The notes: generated by a model not told the origin, from the sequence alone. DNA of 64,000 nucleotides from Candidatus Altiarchaeota archaeon (GCA_043800255.1 JAZDNF010000009.1:96001-160000); one strand, 5' to 3'. Positions 27,994 through 39,074 are shown, numbered from the stretch's first letter. Numbers and translations: made by a program.

Positions 27994-28893
27994 TTATATT
28001 GTGCAGGGATTATCTTCTAACGTATGAGAGTCTACCATACTTACTAATTTTTGAAATGCGCATAAACCCTTAGTAGTACAGTATGGATCATATATCACCT
28101 TAACGGGAGATAATGATCTACATTCAATCTTCTCGTAACTTTGACCACAATCTAAATTAGTACGACAAGGGATTTCACCAGGTTCTCTTTCTATTGGTGA
28201 TGCTACACCATCAGCTTTAGCAATCTCTTCAACATACCATTCTATGTCCTTAGAAGCCTGGGTTGCATAATAGGTTCCAGTTGTAATATGGTCTTGTATA
28301 AAATCATCACAGTATTCGTCCAATTCATACAAGGCTAAGTAAAGACCTGCTGAACCCTCTGTTAAATATTCATGCACCGTTGAATACTTCGCTGGAGCTT
28401 TCAGTTCCTTAACTTTATCTGCTATCATGAGTGACCTACCAGACAAACCATTGGTCAGGATACCACCTTCAATTACTTTGCACATTTCTGTTCTGGTTAT
28501 TCCGCCTGATGCATAGGTAGTAAGAACTCCAACAGTACTGGTTGAAATACTGTTTATCTCATCTAAAAGGACACGAACGTTGTTTTTGTAAGTACTGGCT
28601 TCCTGTTCTAGAGTTAGACTGGTAGTCTGTTCCATCGTAGTTTGCCTTACAGTGTTGGTGTGGGTCGGAGTTGGATCATCTCTCCCAAGCAACGCAAATA
28701 TTACCATAATCGCCATAATTATAAGACCTACTTTCAGCAGATTCTGAACCGATTGTGCAAAACTTATTCTCTTTTTTGGAGTCCCTAGTTTTTTAGATGG
28801 TTCAACATCTTCTTGAGAACCACCACATTTTTTACAAAATTCGTCATCCTCCCCTATCTTAGCTCCACACTTTCGACAGAAAACCATATCCAA
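27994..28893 (-). CDS. Zinc-ribbon membrane protein
   Basis: FCRKCG...FCKKCG N-terminus, one TM, Thr-rich linker, Cys-rich C-terminus. Confidence 0.75.
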   Translation of the reverse strand: MDMVFCRKCGAKIGEDDEFCKKCGGSQEDVEPSKKLGTPKKRISFAQSVQNLLKVGLIIMAIMVIFALLGRDDPTPTHTNTVRQTTMEQTTSLTLEQEASTYKNNVRVLLDEINSISTSTVGVLTTYASGGITRTEMCKVIEGGILTNGLSGRSLMIADKVKELKAPAKYSTVHEYLTEGSAGLYLALYELDEYCDDFIQDHITTGTYYATQASKDIEWYVEEIAKADGVASPIEREPGEIPCRTNLDCGQSYEKIECRSLSPVKVIYDPYCTTKGLCAFQKLVSMVDSHTLEDNPCTI

Positions 28894-28968
28894 CCACCAA
28901 TCAACTATTAGACCAACATTATAAAAGGTTCCATTTTTTAACCCAGGTTTAACAGTGTTTAATGGTGG

Positions 28969-29439
28969 TTGGTGGTGATGTTGAAAAAAATAGGGTTAAT
29001 TCTGTTGGTAATTGGGGTAGTGTTAACTAGTGGTTGTATTACTGAGGAAACCCAACAGTCAACCACGATTTCACACATCTCAACGACTTCAATAGTGGTA
29101 ACTACGACATCAACTCTTTCATCTATAAATTATTCTATAAGAGATTACATAGATATTGTACTCCAACAGCAAGATGAGATTGAGAACGATTTAGGCATTT
29201 TAATACAGGTTTCTGAAGACAAGTCAAAATACTGGGATGGCAGTTGGTATGTGAACATACTATCGCCTCCTGAAGAAGGGCCAATGTGCATAAGTTGTTG
29301 TGATCAGGGATATGCCGTTTTGACACCTGAGGGTGAGATTGAGAAGATATTCTTAGAGTATCGTGACTGCAATAATATCGAATGTGACGCTTACAACTGT
29401 GAGAGGTTACCCCGATTCAAAGAACCGTGGGACATCTGA
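28969..29439 (+). CDS. Putative lipoprotein/exported protein
   Basis: KKIGLILLVIGVVLTSGC lipobox-like signal, Thr-rich linker. Confidence 0.65.
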   Translation: MVVMLKKIGLILLVIGVVLTSGCITEETQQSTTISHISTTSIVVTTTSTLSSINYSIRDYIDIVLQQQDEIENDLGILIQVSEDKSKYWDGSWYVNILSPPEEGPMCISCCDQGYAVLTPEGEIEKIFLEYRDCNNIECDAYNCERLPRFKEPWDI

Positions 29440-29444
29440 TTAAA

Positions 29445-32400
29445 ATGAAAAATGCTAGATTAATCATTCTACTTTTTGCCCTACTGTCTGTTTTTTTGAG
29501 TGTACAAACCATATCTGTTAAAGATAATCAATTTGACATCATAACTGTAAAGTTTCCAGATCCCACAATCAGTAATCGTGATAGTTTCGATGTTATTGAG
29601 ATAGAAGGGCTTGAGTTTACGGTTGATACTGGGAAGCCTATGCTTCCTATGAAGAGTATCTCAATTCTCATTCCTGATTATGAGATTACTGATGTAGAGT
29701 TGATTTACTTTGAAAACATTTCCATTGACGGAAAATTCCAAATTTTTCCAGTCCAACCTTCTCAGCCGATATCCTTGAGTAATGTGACGATAAATTTTAC
29801 AGAGCCGGATTCATCTGTTTACAATTCAAATGAAATCTATCCTTCAGAGATTTTCAAAATTGTTGGGGAGAATAAGATTAGAGACCATAGGATATTGAAT
29901 CTTATTGTGTTCCCAATTCAATACATCCCCCTTGAGGGAAAAGCGTTCTTTTTGAACAACCTAACCTTTAGAATATCCTATTCAAAGCACATTTCAATTG
30001 CAAATTCAATACAAGACCCTGATTCAGAGTACTTTGATAATATTGTAAAGAATCTAGTGATTAATCCTGAAAAATTATCTGAAATAAGAGAAGCAGATAC
30101 AAATAATAAAGTCTCCATACAAGGTTTACCAAGTCCTACATACTGTCCTGGACTATCGTCTTGGACGGACTCAGATTTAGAATATATAATAATCACGGAT
30201 TCAGAGTTTGTGTCCGAGTTCCAAACATTGGCAGATTGGAAAACGCAGAAGGGAGTTCCTGCTAAGGTTGTATCGATTGACACGATTACAAACACCTTAA
30301 GTTGTAATGGATCAGACACTCAGGAAAAAATTAGGAATTTCATAAAGGATGTTTATGATGGTTGGAGTATTGATTGGGTGCTCCTTGGCGGGGATATCGA
30401 TGTAGTTCCACATAGAGGAGGATACGGAAAAGTCCAGCCATATATAGACAATACAATAGCAACAGATCTATACTATGCTGATTTGGATAGAACTTGGAAC
30501 AACGATGGAGATTCAATTTTTGGAGAGATCGAGGACAACATCAGCCTGACATACGAGGTTTTCATAGGCAGGGCACCTGTAAGTTCCCTGTCGGATGTTC
30601 GAGTTTTCATAAACAAGACATTAACTTATGAAAAAAGTCCACCAACAGATTATGAGAAAACCGCATTGTTCTTGGCAGAATGGCTTGATGCATCTACTAA
30701 TTCTGGATTAGGAAAGGATATAATCGATTCTGACTATTTTCCTGATGATTTTTCGATTACAAAACTATATGAGGCAAATGGCACTGAAAACCATACAAGT
30801 GTTGTACAGAATCTAAACCAAGGGTATGGAATTGTGAATCACATGGGTCACTCTAATCCAACAGTTATGGGTATTGGTTCTGGTAGCCTCTCAACCTCTG
30901 ATATGAACTCCTTAACCAACTCTCCAAAATATTCTGTATTATACTCAATGGGTTGTTTACCTAATGCCTTTGATTGTAGTTCTTCAAACTACAATATCTA
31001 TTGTTTAAGTGATTCTATATCTGAAAAATGGATTCTTAATTCTAATGGTGGAGGAGTTGCTTTCATAGGAAACACACGGTATGGTTGGTTCGCCCCGGCA
31101 AGTCCAGGTCAGGGTACCTCAGAAAAATATGACCAAAAGTTCTTCAATTCGTTATTCAATAAAGATTTGTATCATATAGGCCAAACATTAGCCGATTCAA
31201 AAGCAGATTATGTATCGTATTCAAATTCATATGGATCATACAGATGGGTTCAATTCGAGCTAAACTTGCTCGGGGATCCCGAATTAGAAATATGGACTGA
31301 CAACCCCCAAAACTTTTCAGTTTCTCATGTAAATTCTATTACCTCTCAATCCAGTTCTTTTTCTGTGCATGTTGAGAACTTAAGTGGGAGTCCAATACAA
31401 AGTGCAAGAGTCACATTGTGGAAGTCGAATGATGTCTATGAATCAGCTTTGACAGGTTCCAGTGGAAATGTCAGCTTTTCTATCTCACCACATAGTACTG
31501 GAAATATCACGGTGACAGTCACAAAACACAATTTCATACCCTATCAGGGCATAATTGTAGTCTCTAGCACGGGCGCATCTGATACTAATCCACCCATTAT
31601 TACGCTAAATTCTCCTTTTAGTAGTGCTACAGATACAGACGGGAATATAACATTCTCCTATACCCCTACTGATGACTCAACAATACTAAATTGCTCCTTG
31701 TATGGAAATTTCACGGGCTCATGGGCTTTGAATCAGACAGATACAGCAATAACGAAGAATGTACAGGATACTTTCAATGTATTTAGTTTACCCAATGGCC
31801 GTTATATCTGGAATGTGGGATGTTATGATAACTACAGCAATCGTGGTTTTGCAACATCAAACCGTACCTTAATTGTTGGATCTTCTGGGGGCATAATAAG
31901 GTTTAATGCATTTATGATAGATGATGACAGATTGGGTGCTAGTTATGGTGATAACAATAGCCAAGTTAATCCTGGCGAATGGATAGAGCTAAATGTCCAG
32001 TTGGCGAACACTCAGAGCATTGACGCATACAGTGTTAATGCGACAATAAGCACATTGGACCCCTACATCTGGATATACGATAATTTCGAGACCTTCTCTG
32101 ATATAACTGCAGGATCTACAAGGTATTCGGACTCAGATTATGATTTCTATGTGTCATCATTGGCTCCGGGTAATCATTGGGTTGTTTTTGAAATCAATAT
32201 CAGCGACTCCACCGGAAACCATTGGACTAACACTTTTACACTTCAGATAATCGACAATGTCGCACCGGCAATATCGAATGTTATGATAGAGCCGAGACGA
32301 CCGACATACGGGGGGCCAATTAATGTCAGTACTACTGTCTATGACGGAAGCGAATTATCAAGTGTTACTTATCATTTCCGTTCATTTATATTTGGGTCAG

Positions 32401-35400
32401 CTACCAAGAACCTTTATGATGATGGATTACATAATGATGGTTTGGCAAATGATAGTGTTTTCGGAAATTATGAAACATTTTATTTCGGAAATCCTGACCT
32501 AAATTTTACATTAAAAATAAATGCAATTGATATTTTCAATAATTCAGTTATATCCTCTATCGATTTTACAACTAAACCCTTTAACATTACCTCAAATGTT
32601 CTAATCGTTGACGATGACGATGGTCAATCCTATGAAGGCTACTATACCGATGCCTTGGATGCCATTGGCTATTCCTACGATGTTTGGAATGTAGATTTTC
32701 GCGGTTCTCTAAAAAGTGAAGTTATAGACAATTATACTGATGGAATAGTAATCTGGTTCACTGGAAATGATTGGGTAACAACATTGACGACTGATGACCA
32801 GAACAATCTCAAAAGATACCTGAACAGAGGGGGAAAATTATTCATATCGGGACAGGATATTGGGTATGACATTGGAACAACAACATTTTTCTCGAAGTAT
32901 CTACACGGGAAATATGAGTCCGATGATAGCAATTCCTACAAGATCAATGGAATTTCAGGGGATTCAATTACAAATGGGATGAGTATAGGAATATCGGGTG
33001 GGGATGGTGCTAACAATCAATATTATCCTAGTATCGTATCAGGTATAAATGGAGCAGAAACAATCGTGTATTATGATATCTCTCCAACTGTTCTCCCACT
33101 TGTAATAAATAAGACAAGTAGGGCAAAATTTGCTAGGGAGAACATAAGTATAATATCCTTCGAAGAGTATAGAGATATTTTTGACATAATAGCCGTAAAA
33201 TTGGAGGGCAATAACATTGAGGAAGAGCCAGTGGGAATAGCACAACCTCCTTCTCCACCATTCTGCACAGTAGAGGTCGAATCGTACCCTCTCGCTATAG
33301 GCTATGGTAAAACGGGAACAATTTACTGGAATATATCGTGTTCGACAAGTCATACCAATACCCATTATTGCAAACCTAGTTACGGTTCCACTTGTGATCC
33401 TCCATATACTTACCAATATGCTACATTTAATACCCAAACCGGACCTAGTGGCAAGTATAGTGATACCCTAACATTCGATGAACAGGGAACTTGGTCGTTC
33501 TTCATCCACGTGATTAACGATAGCTTTAATTACTATTCAGATGCTTACACAATTGAGGTAACAGGTTGCGTGCCGTCTGTCATCAGCTATCCTTCGTCTA
33601 CCAATAGTGGAGAAACAAAGACTATTACTTGGAATAATGGTTGCAATTCAACCCATACAAATGTGCACTATTGTACCCCCGGCTTTGATTGTGATAGTAA
33701 TACAAACACCTACGAAGCCGTAACCACTATGCAATCAGGATCTAGTGGGGTATATAGTGCTAATTTAACTCTAAATGAAGTTGGCACTTGGGAGTTTTTT
33801 GTCCACACGACAAGCAATTCCACAGACTATTTCTCGCGAGAGTATTCCTTCAACGTCACTGGAGAGATTAACACATCAGCAGGAATCCGTGCAGACGAGG
33901 GATCGTACAAGGTCGTGTATCTTGCGTTCGGGTTTGAGGCGATAAACAATTCCAATGATAGAACAAATTTACTTAACAAGAGCATTTCTTGGTTACTGAA
34001 CACAACCAGAGAGATTGCTTATGATGATGGAAGTTACGGATCATCACTATGGGCTGATTCGAGTACTGAGCTTTCTGTAAAAATGGACCCATTTAAATAC
34101 CCATTTAATTTAACAGCAATAAGTTATTATTTTTCTGTATCATCTCAACCTGGAACCCTTGAGTTACATATCCGGGATGACAATGGAGCAAACGGGGGTC
34201 CTAGCTCAGATTTGTTAGATCCCATAATCATAAATGCAACTTCAGGATGGAATACAATAAATCTTTCAGAAAATTCTATTCTAATAACTGCTGGTAGTTT
34301 TTACGTTGGCTATAGACCCAATGTGTCTTACGGTGTGGGTATAATGGCGGATACAAGCCCACCTATACATAATAGATCCTTTGCTGGGACTTCTATGTAC
34401 CCAGGTTATAATATTGCAATTAGAGCCAATGGCGTTATAATGGCAGATATTTCACCACCAAATATAACGATAAATTATCCACTTGATAACAACACGTATG
34501 TTACAAGCTCAGTAACAATTAATTATACGGTTGAAGATAGTTCTAACATCTCCAACTGTTCGATATATACAAACCGAACTGGAAATTGGTTAATTGGTAA
34601 TACAAGTTCAACAATCAATGCAACTGGAGAAAATATCTTTGTGCTTGTAAATTTAACGAATGGAACATATACGTGGAGCATCAAGTGTATTGATGATGTC
34701 GAGAATGTTGGCTATGCGCTTCAGAATTACACTTTCACGATAAGTCCATATTCAACTGCACAAATATCATCCTTCGGAAGTTACGGATATACTGATGACA
34801 AATTTGAGTACCCCGGTGATATTGATATCGATGGCTTAGGGAATATATACGTGGCTGGTGGAGGTAAGAACAAAATACAGATTTTCTACTCAAATGGTTC
34901 GTTAAAACAAGCCTTTGGATCCTATGGCAACGAAAGTGGTCAATTCAGCAACCCTAGGGGGATTTCAGTAACTGACGATAGGATATATATTGCAGATACG
35001 TTTAACCACAGGATTCAGGTTTTCAATCTATCTGGTACTTTTCTGTTTAGTTTTGGAAGTTATGGGGCTGGCGATACACAATTCAACTATCCCTATTCAA
35101 TTGTTGTGTCTGGCAATAGGATATATGTAACAGATACACACCACTGGAAAGTGAAGATTTTCGATCTTTCAGGTAACTTATTAACTAGTTTTCAGGGGGT
35201 AACCTCAGATGCTTACATAACCGCGCCTGAGGGTATAGCTGTGAGTGCGAATAAAATTTTTGTTAGCAGCTCTTACCAAGATAACTATGTACCAGGTCAT
35301 GATATTGACGTTTTTAACTTATCTGGTTCCTACTTATACAGTTTTGGTAATCATGGAAATCAAACTGGACAATTTGATAGGCCAGGAGCATTAGTGATTG

Positions 35401-37292
35401 ATAATAATAGCAGATTGTATGTTCTGGATTGCGATAATAATCGAATACAATTATTCAACTTAGATGGCACCCATATATTATCATTCGGACGTTATGGTTC
35501 AAATCCTGAACAATTTAACAGCTTGACTGGCATCGGTGTTGATGATGATGGGGGATTATATGTTACTGATAACAACTATAAAGTCCAGATATTTGACGTA
35601 TTTGCTTGGAGAGATACAACACCCCCATCGACACCTACTCTAAATGATCCTGGAAGCGCGGATGATGATGGCACATACACCCTAGGTTGGTCCGAGGCGA
35701 GCGATGATGTTAGGATTGCAATTTATGAAATTGGTGAGATAGCGAGTAGTACACCCACATTTCTAAGTGATAACTCAGAGGGTTCGAATAATTGGACGGT
35801 TGAAGGATATTGGAATCAAACTTTGTTGACATATCACTCTGGTCAAAAGAGTTATTGGGCATCTGCCAATGGAAATGGGTCATTGTGCTCTTCAACAAGC
35901 ATTCTAGGAGCATGCTATAATAGTAGCACTTCCTCGTATATGACTCAAGAAATTGATTTAAGTTCCTGCACTAATGCCACTCTAAAGTATTGGTACTATT
36001 ACCAGATTGAATATCAGGCAAATTGTGTCTGGGACAGAGCTTACGTCCAAATATCCACAAATAACCTTTCATACACCAATCTTGTTAATCCTTTCTGTGG
36101 CGAGGGGGGAGCACAATCTGACACATCAGGGAGTGCATATGGTTTGGCTGAAACATGGAATGAGGAAACAGGAATAAATATCAGTAATTACTGTGGAAAT
36201 GAAAATGTTTATATACGCTTTGGATTTACATCTGACTCTAGTGTAGAACATTCAGGTTTCTTCGTTGATGACATAGTTGTGGAAAGTGACGACTGGTTGT
36301 TTATTGGAAACACGACAGGGACAAACTACACATTCTATGGTAAACAACCCAATAGTTACTACTACAGAGTGAGGGCTCTAGACACAAGTGAAAATGAGGG
36401 GAACTGGAGTAATGTAGAGAACATAACAGTAACTCAAACAGGGACCACGACAACAGTAACTACAACAATACCTGACAATGACCCCCCAGACATAACTCTG
36501 ATCTCACCATCAGATAACTACAACGATAGAGATGGAAATGTGTTTTTTGTTTACACAGCCAGCGATAGATCCACATTAAATTGTTCCATTTTCACAGACA
36601 TCACTGGACCTTTCACATCAGTTTTGGATGACACAACTATTTTAAATAACAGTAGGAACAGCTTCTTCTTACAGAACATATCCGATGGCGAATACAGCTG
36701 GAGTATCTCATGTACAGATAATCACGGCAACTTGAATTTAAAGCAGCCATACAGAATCCTAAGAGTGTCAAAGATCTCGAATAAGACACACTACACGTCT
36801 CTAAATGTAACTACGAATACGACTGCAAGAGTGAATTCCTCAGAAACAAACACCATCATCGACTTAACCACCTCAGAAGATATTACTGATTCGTTTGTTT
36901 CTATCTCACTATCCTCAAATAATACTGCAAATGCATCCCTCACCCTAATTGGTCTTAATAAATATGTCACAATAGATGCAAGTCCAGAATTAGAGATGTG
37001 TCTATCCTCAGCACTAATCAAGGTTTATTATACTGATAGTGAAGTTCAAAATGCAGGCATAAATGAAACTGATTTAGCAATCTACTGGTTTAACGAAACC
37101 GAATCAGAATGGCAAAGACTAAATAGCAATACAATGGGGTGGGTGTATGGAACAGGCGTAGAAACAGATTTAAATTATGTGTGGGCCAATGTATCGCACT
37201 TCAGCGATTATACAATAGCGGAAGGTGTAGAGACACAATCTATACCACTACTATCAGGTTGGAACCTGATTTCTATTCCGCTGGTTGCTTAG
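29445..37292 (+). CDS. Giant secreted C25 (gingipain-family) cysteine peptidase with Ig-like, choice-of-anchor-X-like, NHL-repeat, jelly-roll and FN3 modules
   Basis: Signal peptide (MKNARLIILL), propeptide (GKPMLP), WKTQKG, VLLGGD, TDLYYADLD, NHMGHS and SMGC dyad, NLLGDP; LYDDGLHNDG; F.NP.GI...IYIADT.NHRIQVF repeats; YYYRVRA. Confidence 0.85.
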   Translation: MKNARLIILLFALLSVFLSVQTISVKDNQFDIITVKFPDPTISNRDSFDVIEIEGLEFTVDTGKPMLPMKSISILIPDYEITDVELIYFENISIDGKFQIFPVQPSQPISLSNVTINFTEPDSSVYNSNEIYPSEIFKIVGENKIRDHRILNLIVFPIQYIPLEGKAFFLNNLTFRISYSKHISIANSIQDPDSEYFDNIVKNLVINPEKLSEIREADTNNKVSIQGLPSPTYCPGLSSWTDSDLEYIIITDSEFVSEFQTLADWKTQKGVPAKVVSIDTITNTLSCNGSDTQEKIRNFIKDVYDGWSIDWVLLGGDIDVVPHRGGYGKVQPYIDNTIATDLYYADLDRTWNNDGDSIFGEIEDNISLTYEVFIGRAPVSSLSDVRVFINKTLTYEKSPPTDYEKTALFLAEWLDASTNSGLGKDIIDSDYFPDDFSITKLYEANGTENHTSVVQNLNQGYGIVNHMGHSNPTVMGIGSGSLSTSDMNSLTNSPKYSVLYSMGCLPNAFDCSSSNYNIYCLSDSISEKWILNSNGGGVAFIGNTRYGWFAPASPGQGTSEKYDQKFFNSLFNKDLYHIGQTLADSKADYVSYSNSYGSYRWVQFELNLLGDPELEIWTDNPQNFSVSHVNSITSQSSSFSVHVENLSGSPIQSARVTLWKSNDVYESALTGSSGNVSFSISPHSTGNITVTVTKHNFIPYQGIIVVSSTGASDTNPPIITLNSPFSSATDTDGNITFSYTPTDDSTILNCSLYGNFTGSWALNQTDTAITKNVQDTFNVFSLPNGRYIWNVGCYDNYSNRGFATSNRTLIVGSSGGIIRFNAFMIDDDRLGASYGDNNSQVNPGEWIELNVQLANTQSIDAYSVNATISTLDPYIWIYDNFETFSDITAGSTRYSDSDYDFYVSSLAPGNHWVVFEINISDSTGNHWTNTFTLQIIDNVAPAISNVMIEPRRPTYGGPINVSTTVYDGSELSSVTYHFRSFIFGSATKNLYDDGLHNDGLANDSVFGNYETFYFGNPDLNFTLKINAIDIFNNSVISSIDFTTKPFNITSNVLIVDDDDGQSYEGYYTDALDAIGYSYDVWNVDFRGSLKSEVIDNYTDGIVIWFTGNDWVTTLTTDDQNNLKRYLNRGGKLFISGQDIGYDIGTTTFFSKYLHGKYESDDSNSYKINGISGDSITNGMSIGISGGDGANNQYYPSIVSGINGAETIVYYDISPTVLPLVINKTSRAKFARENISIISFEEYRDIFDIIAVKLEGNNIEEEPVGIAQPPSPPFCTVEVESYPLAIGYGKTGTIYWNISCSTSHTNTHYCKPSYGSTCDPPYTYQYATFNTQTGPSGKYSDTLTFDEQGTWSFFIHVINDSFNYYSDAYTIEVTGCVPSVISYPSSTNSGETKTITWNNGCNSTHTNVHYCTPGFDCDSNTNTYEAVTTMQSGSSGVYSANLTLNEVGTWEFFVHTTSNSTDYFSREYSFNVTGEINTSAGIRADEGSYKVVYLAFGFEAINNSNDRTNLLNKSISWLLNTTREIAYDDGSYGSSLWADSSTELSVKMDPFKYPFNLTAISYYFSVSSQPGTLELHIRDDNGANGGPSSDLLDPIIINATSGWNTINLSENSILITAGSFYVGYRPNVSYGVGIMADTSPPIHNRSFAGTSMYPGYNIAIRANGVIMADISPPNITINYPLDNNTYVTSSVTINYTVEDSSNISNCSIYTNRTGNWLIGNTSSTINATGENIFVLVNLTNGTYTWSIKCIDDVENVGYALQNYTFTISPYSTAQISSFGSYGYTDDKFEYPGDIDIDGLGNIYVAGGGKNKIQIFYSNGSLKQAFGSYGNESGQFSNPRGISVTDDRIYIADTFNHRIQVFNLSGTFLFSFGSYGAGDTQFNYPYSIVVSGNRIYVTDTHHWKVKIFDLSGNLLTSFQGVTSDAYITAPEGIAVSANKIFVSSSYQDNYVPGHDIDVFNLSGSYLYSFGNHGNQTGQFDRPGALVIDNNSRLYVLDCDNNRIQLFNLDGTHILSFGRYGSNPEQFNSLTGIGVDDDGGLYVTDNNYKVQIFDVFAWRDTTPPSTPTLNDPGSADDDGTYTLGWSEASDDVRIAIYEIGEIASSTPTFLSDNSEGSNNWTVEGYWNQTLLTYHSGQKSYWASANGNGSLCSSTSILGACYNSSTSSYMTQEIDLSSCTNATLKYWYYYQIEYQANCVWDRAYVQISTNNLSYTNLVNPFCGEGGAQSDTSGSAYGLAETWNEETGINISNYCGNENVYIRFGFTSDSSVEHSGFFVDDIVVESDDWLFIGNTTGTNYTFYGKQPNSYYYRVRALDTSENEGNWSNVENITVTQTGTTTTVTTTIPDNDPPDITLISPSDNYNDRDGNVFFVYTASDRSTLNCSIFTDITGPFTSVLDDTTILNNSRNSFFLQNISDGEYSWSISCTDNHGNLNLKQPYRILRVSKISNKTHYTSLNVTTNTTARVNSSETNTIIDLTTSEDITDSFVSISLSSNNTANASLTLIGLNKYVTIDASPELEMCLSSALIKVYYTDSEVQNAGINETDLAIYWFNETESEWQRLNSNTMGWVYGTGVETDLNYVWANVSHFSDYTIAEGVETQSIPLLSGWNLISIPLVA

Positions 37293-37705
37293 GGGGGTCT
37301 GAGAGTTGTTGATGTTATAGTTTGGGCGAATAGCTTCGCCAGAGACATACGCGGTTTGATCGCTTCTCCTGATAGTTTCAACATGATTTTAACGTACCCC
37401 CTGGTGATGCCTATCCTCTTATTTTGCAGCCCCTGTGGCGTCAATGTCCACCATAGGTGTGCTTCGCCCCGGTCCGTTATTTTGTAGACAAAGCCCTTAC
37501 CCACTCTCTCACGGGCTAGCAGGCCTTGCTCATAGTACCTCTTCAAGGCTGTTGAAGCGGCAGTCAGGCTCATATTCAACCCATTGGCCACATCATGGGA
37601 GAACATATACTTCCTATCTTTGACCAGCCTCAGGATTTCTTCCTTACGGTACGAATATATCATCTTCATAATTGCTGGTTCACACTTATACGGTGAACCA
37701 ACCAT
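37289..37705 (-). CDS. Winged-helix transcription regulator
   Basis: EILRLV....HDVANGLNMSLTAASTALKRYYEQGLL.R....FVYKITDRG; true start probably an internal Met. Confidence 0.7.
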   Translation of the reverse strand: MVGSPYKCEPAIMKMIYSYRKEEILRLVKDRKYMFSHDVANGLNMSLTAASTALKRYYEQGLLARERVGKGFVYKITDRGEAHLWWTLTPQGLQNKRIGITRGYVKIMLKLSGEAIKPRMSLAKLFAQTITSTTLRPP

Positions 37706-37854
37706 AATCTATCCTAAACATTTTCATATAAAAGCATGTTGCAGTTTGCGGCGGATTTTTCGTGTTAGAACAGTAATCCAGTGCCCTAATCTTTTTTCTT
37801 TAGTCCGCTCCCGGGGGCTTCCATTGGTAAGTTCAAGTCCTGTCCGTTAACATG

Positions 37855-37874
37855 TGTCAAACACGTGTTTGACA
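37855..37874. promoter_or_regulatory. Perfect 20-bp palindrome TGTCAAACACGTGTTTGACA
   Basis: Directly readable; further enclosed by CCTGTC (37839) and GACAGG (37875). Confidence 0.7.
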
Positions 37875-38063
37875 GACAGGCAACAAAGCCCTCTTAATCG
37901 CTATTATATCCCTTTTGATTTATCAAAAGTTCGAGGCGAAGCCGAGAAAATCCGCCGTAGCCCGTTGCTCGGAATGGTTAGGTTAAGGACAGTACAAAGA
38001 GCGCGAAGACATAATTTCGCATGAGGTAGAACAAATCAATAAACACCCTACTGTTTCGGCATT

Positions 38064-38993
38064 TCATTGTTTTGCCGTAAGATTCAGACAGATGTCTTTC
38101 ATATTATATGCTGCGCTTTTTATTTCATTGCATAGGCTTGCGTTTCTGTTTTCGATTGCGTACCATTGGATACATAAATCCTGCTGAGTCTCGATTTTTT
38201 CCATAACGCATGAGAAATCACATGAAATTTTTCGACATTCTGTCCAGTCCTTGGTCGCTTTAGCCTTGCAGAATCCCCTGGATTTCGGCATGCCGGTAAG
38301 GTCGCATGCTGAGGTATCTCCCGTAGCAATCGCATAGTTTCTTATGCACTCTTCATATCCTATGGCAGTTAGATTAAACGCTTTGAGTGACATGCTACAT
38401 GCGTCAACGTTTCCTAGTTCAGCCCCAACCTTTGCCGCACATTCACCAAGTTTACCCTCACGCGACCATCCGTCCGCATCAACAATGGGTTCAGACATTA
38501 AGTAGCTACAATTATCAATAATTGCCTTCTCAAGCTCCGCGTGCTGTGCTTCTAAGTTGAATATAGAGAGATTAGTTCGTGCAATTATGGCCCCGCTGTC
38601 GTCTTTAATTGTCAGAAGCTCGATTATGTATTTGCCTGGCATGAGATTATGGTAATACTTGTTTTGTTCTACCCAACCAGGTGCCTTTGCAACGAATGTT
38701 TCATACACTGGCATTATCTCATTTCCGCCTTCATCAATGACTCTAAACCCATACGTTGTTCCTTTAGGAAGTCCTCTTTGCTGGAGAAAAAACCATTCGT
38801 TTGTTCCAAGGGATGTTACTACGTTTTTATCATTGTCTAGAACAACCACTTCGGCATCAGGAGAAATATTTTCAGAAATGCTCAAATTTAATCCGGGAGG
38901 GGTGGTGTGGGGAATAAGACCATTGAGAAAAAATATTAATAAAAGTATGAGAACAGCGAAAACGATGAATAAAAACAAATATTTTAGTCGCAT
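38064..38993 (-). CDS. Membrane-anchored exported protein with Cys-rich repeats
   Basis: N-terminal TM; C-terminal C..A....D...C..I repeats. Confidence 0.7.
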   Translation of the reverse strand: MRLKYLFLFIVFAVLILLLIFFLNGLIPHTTPPGLNLSISENISPDAEVVVLDNDKNVVTSLGTNEWFFLQQRGLPKGTTYGFRVIDEGGNEIMPVYETFVAKAPGWVEQNKYYHNLMPGKYIIELLTIKDDSGAIIARTNLSIFNLEAQHAELEKAIIDNCSYLMSEPIVDADGWSREGKLGECAAKVGAELGNVDACSMSLKAFNLTAIGYEECIRNYAIATGDTSACDLTGMPKSRGFCKAKATKDWTECRKISCDFSCVMEKIETQQDLCIQWYAIENRNASLCNEIKSAAYNMKDICLNLTAKQ

Positions 38994-39074
38994 ATATCAA
39001 GAATATACGTAACAATTTAAGAATATTGCTATTGTGGGTGGCCTCCGGGGGGGCTTTATACTTCTTATTAAACA

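Noticed and set aside
37803-37845. CCCGGGGGCTTCCA and GTTCAAGTCC as a tRNA or att remnant
   Set aside because: The elements are in the wrong order for a cloverleaf and cannot be folded
37845-37985. Integron attC site downstream of 38064-38993
   Set aside because: An ACCTAAC R'' box is present on the minus strand, but no matching GTTRRRY box, second attC or integron integrase was seen
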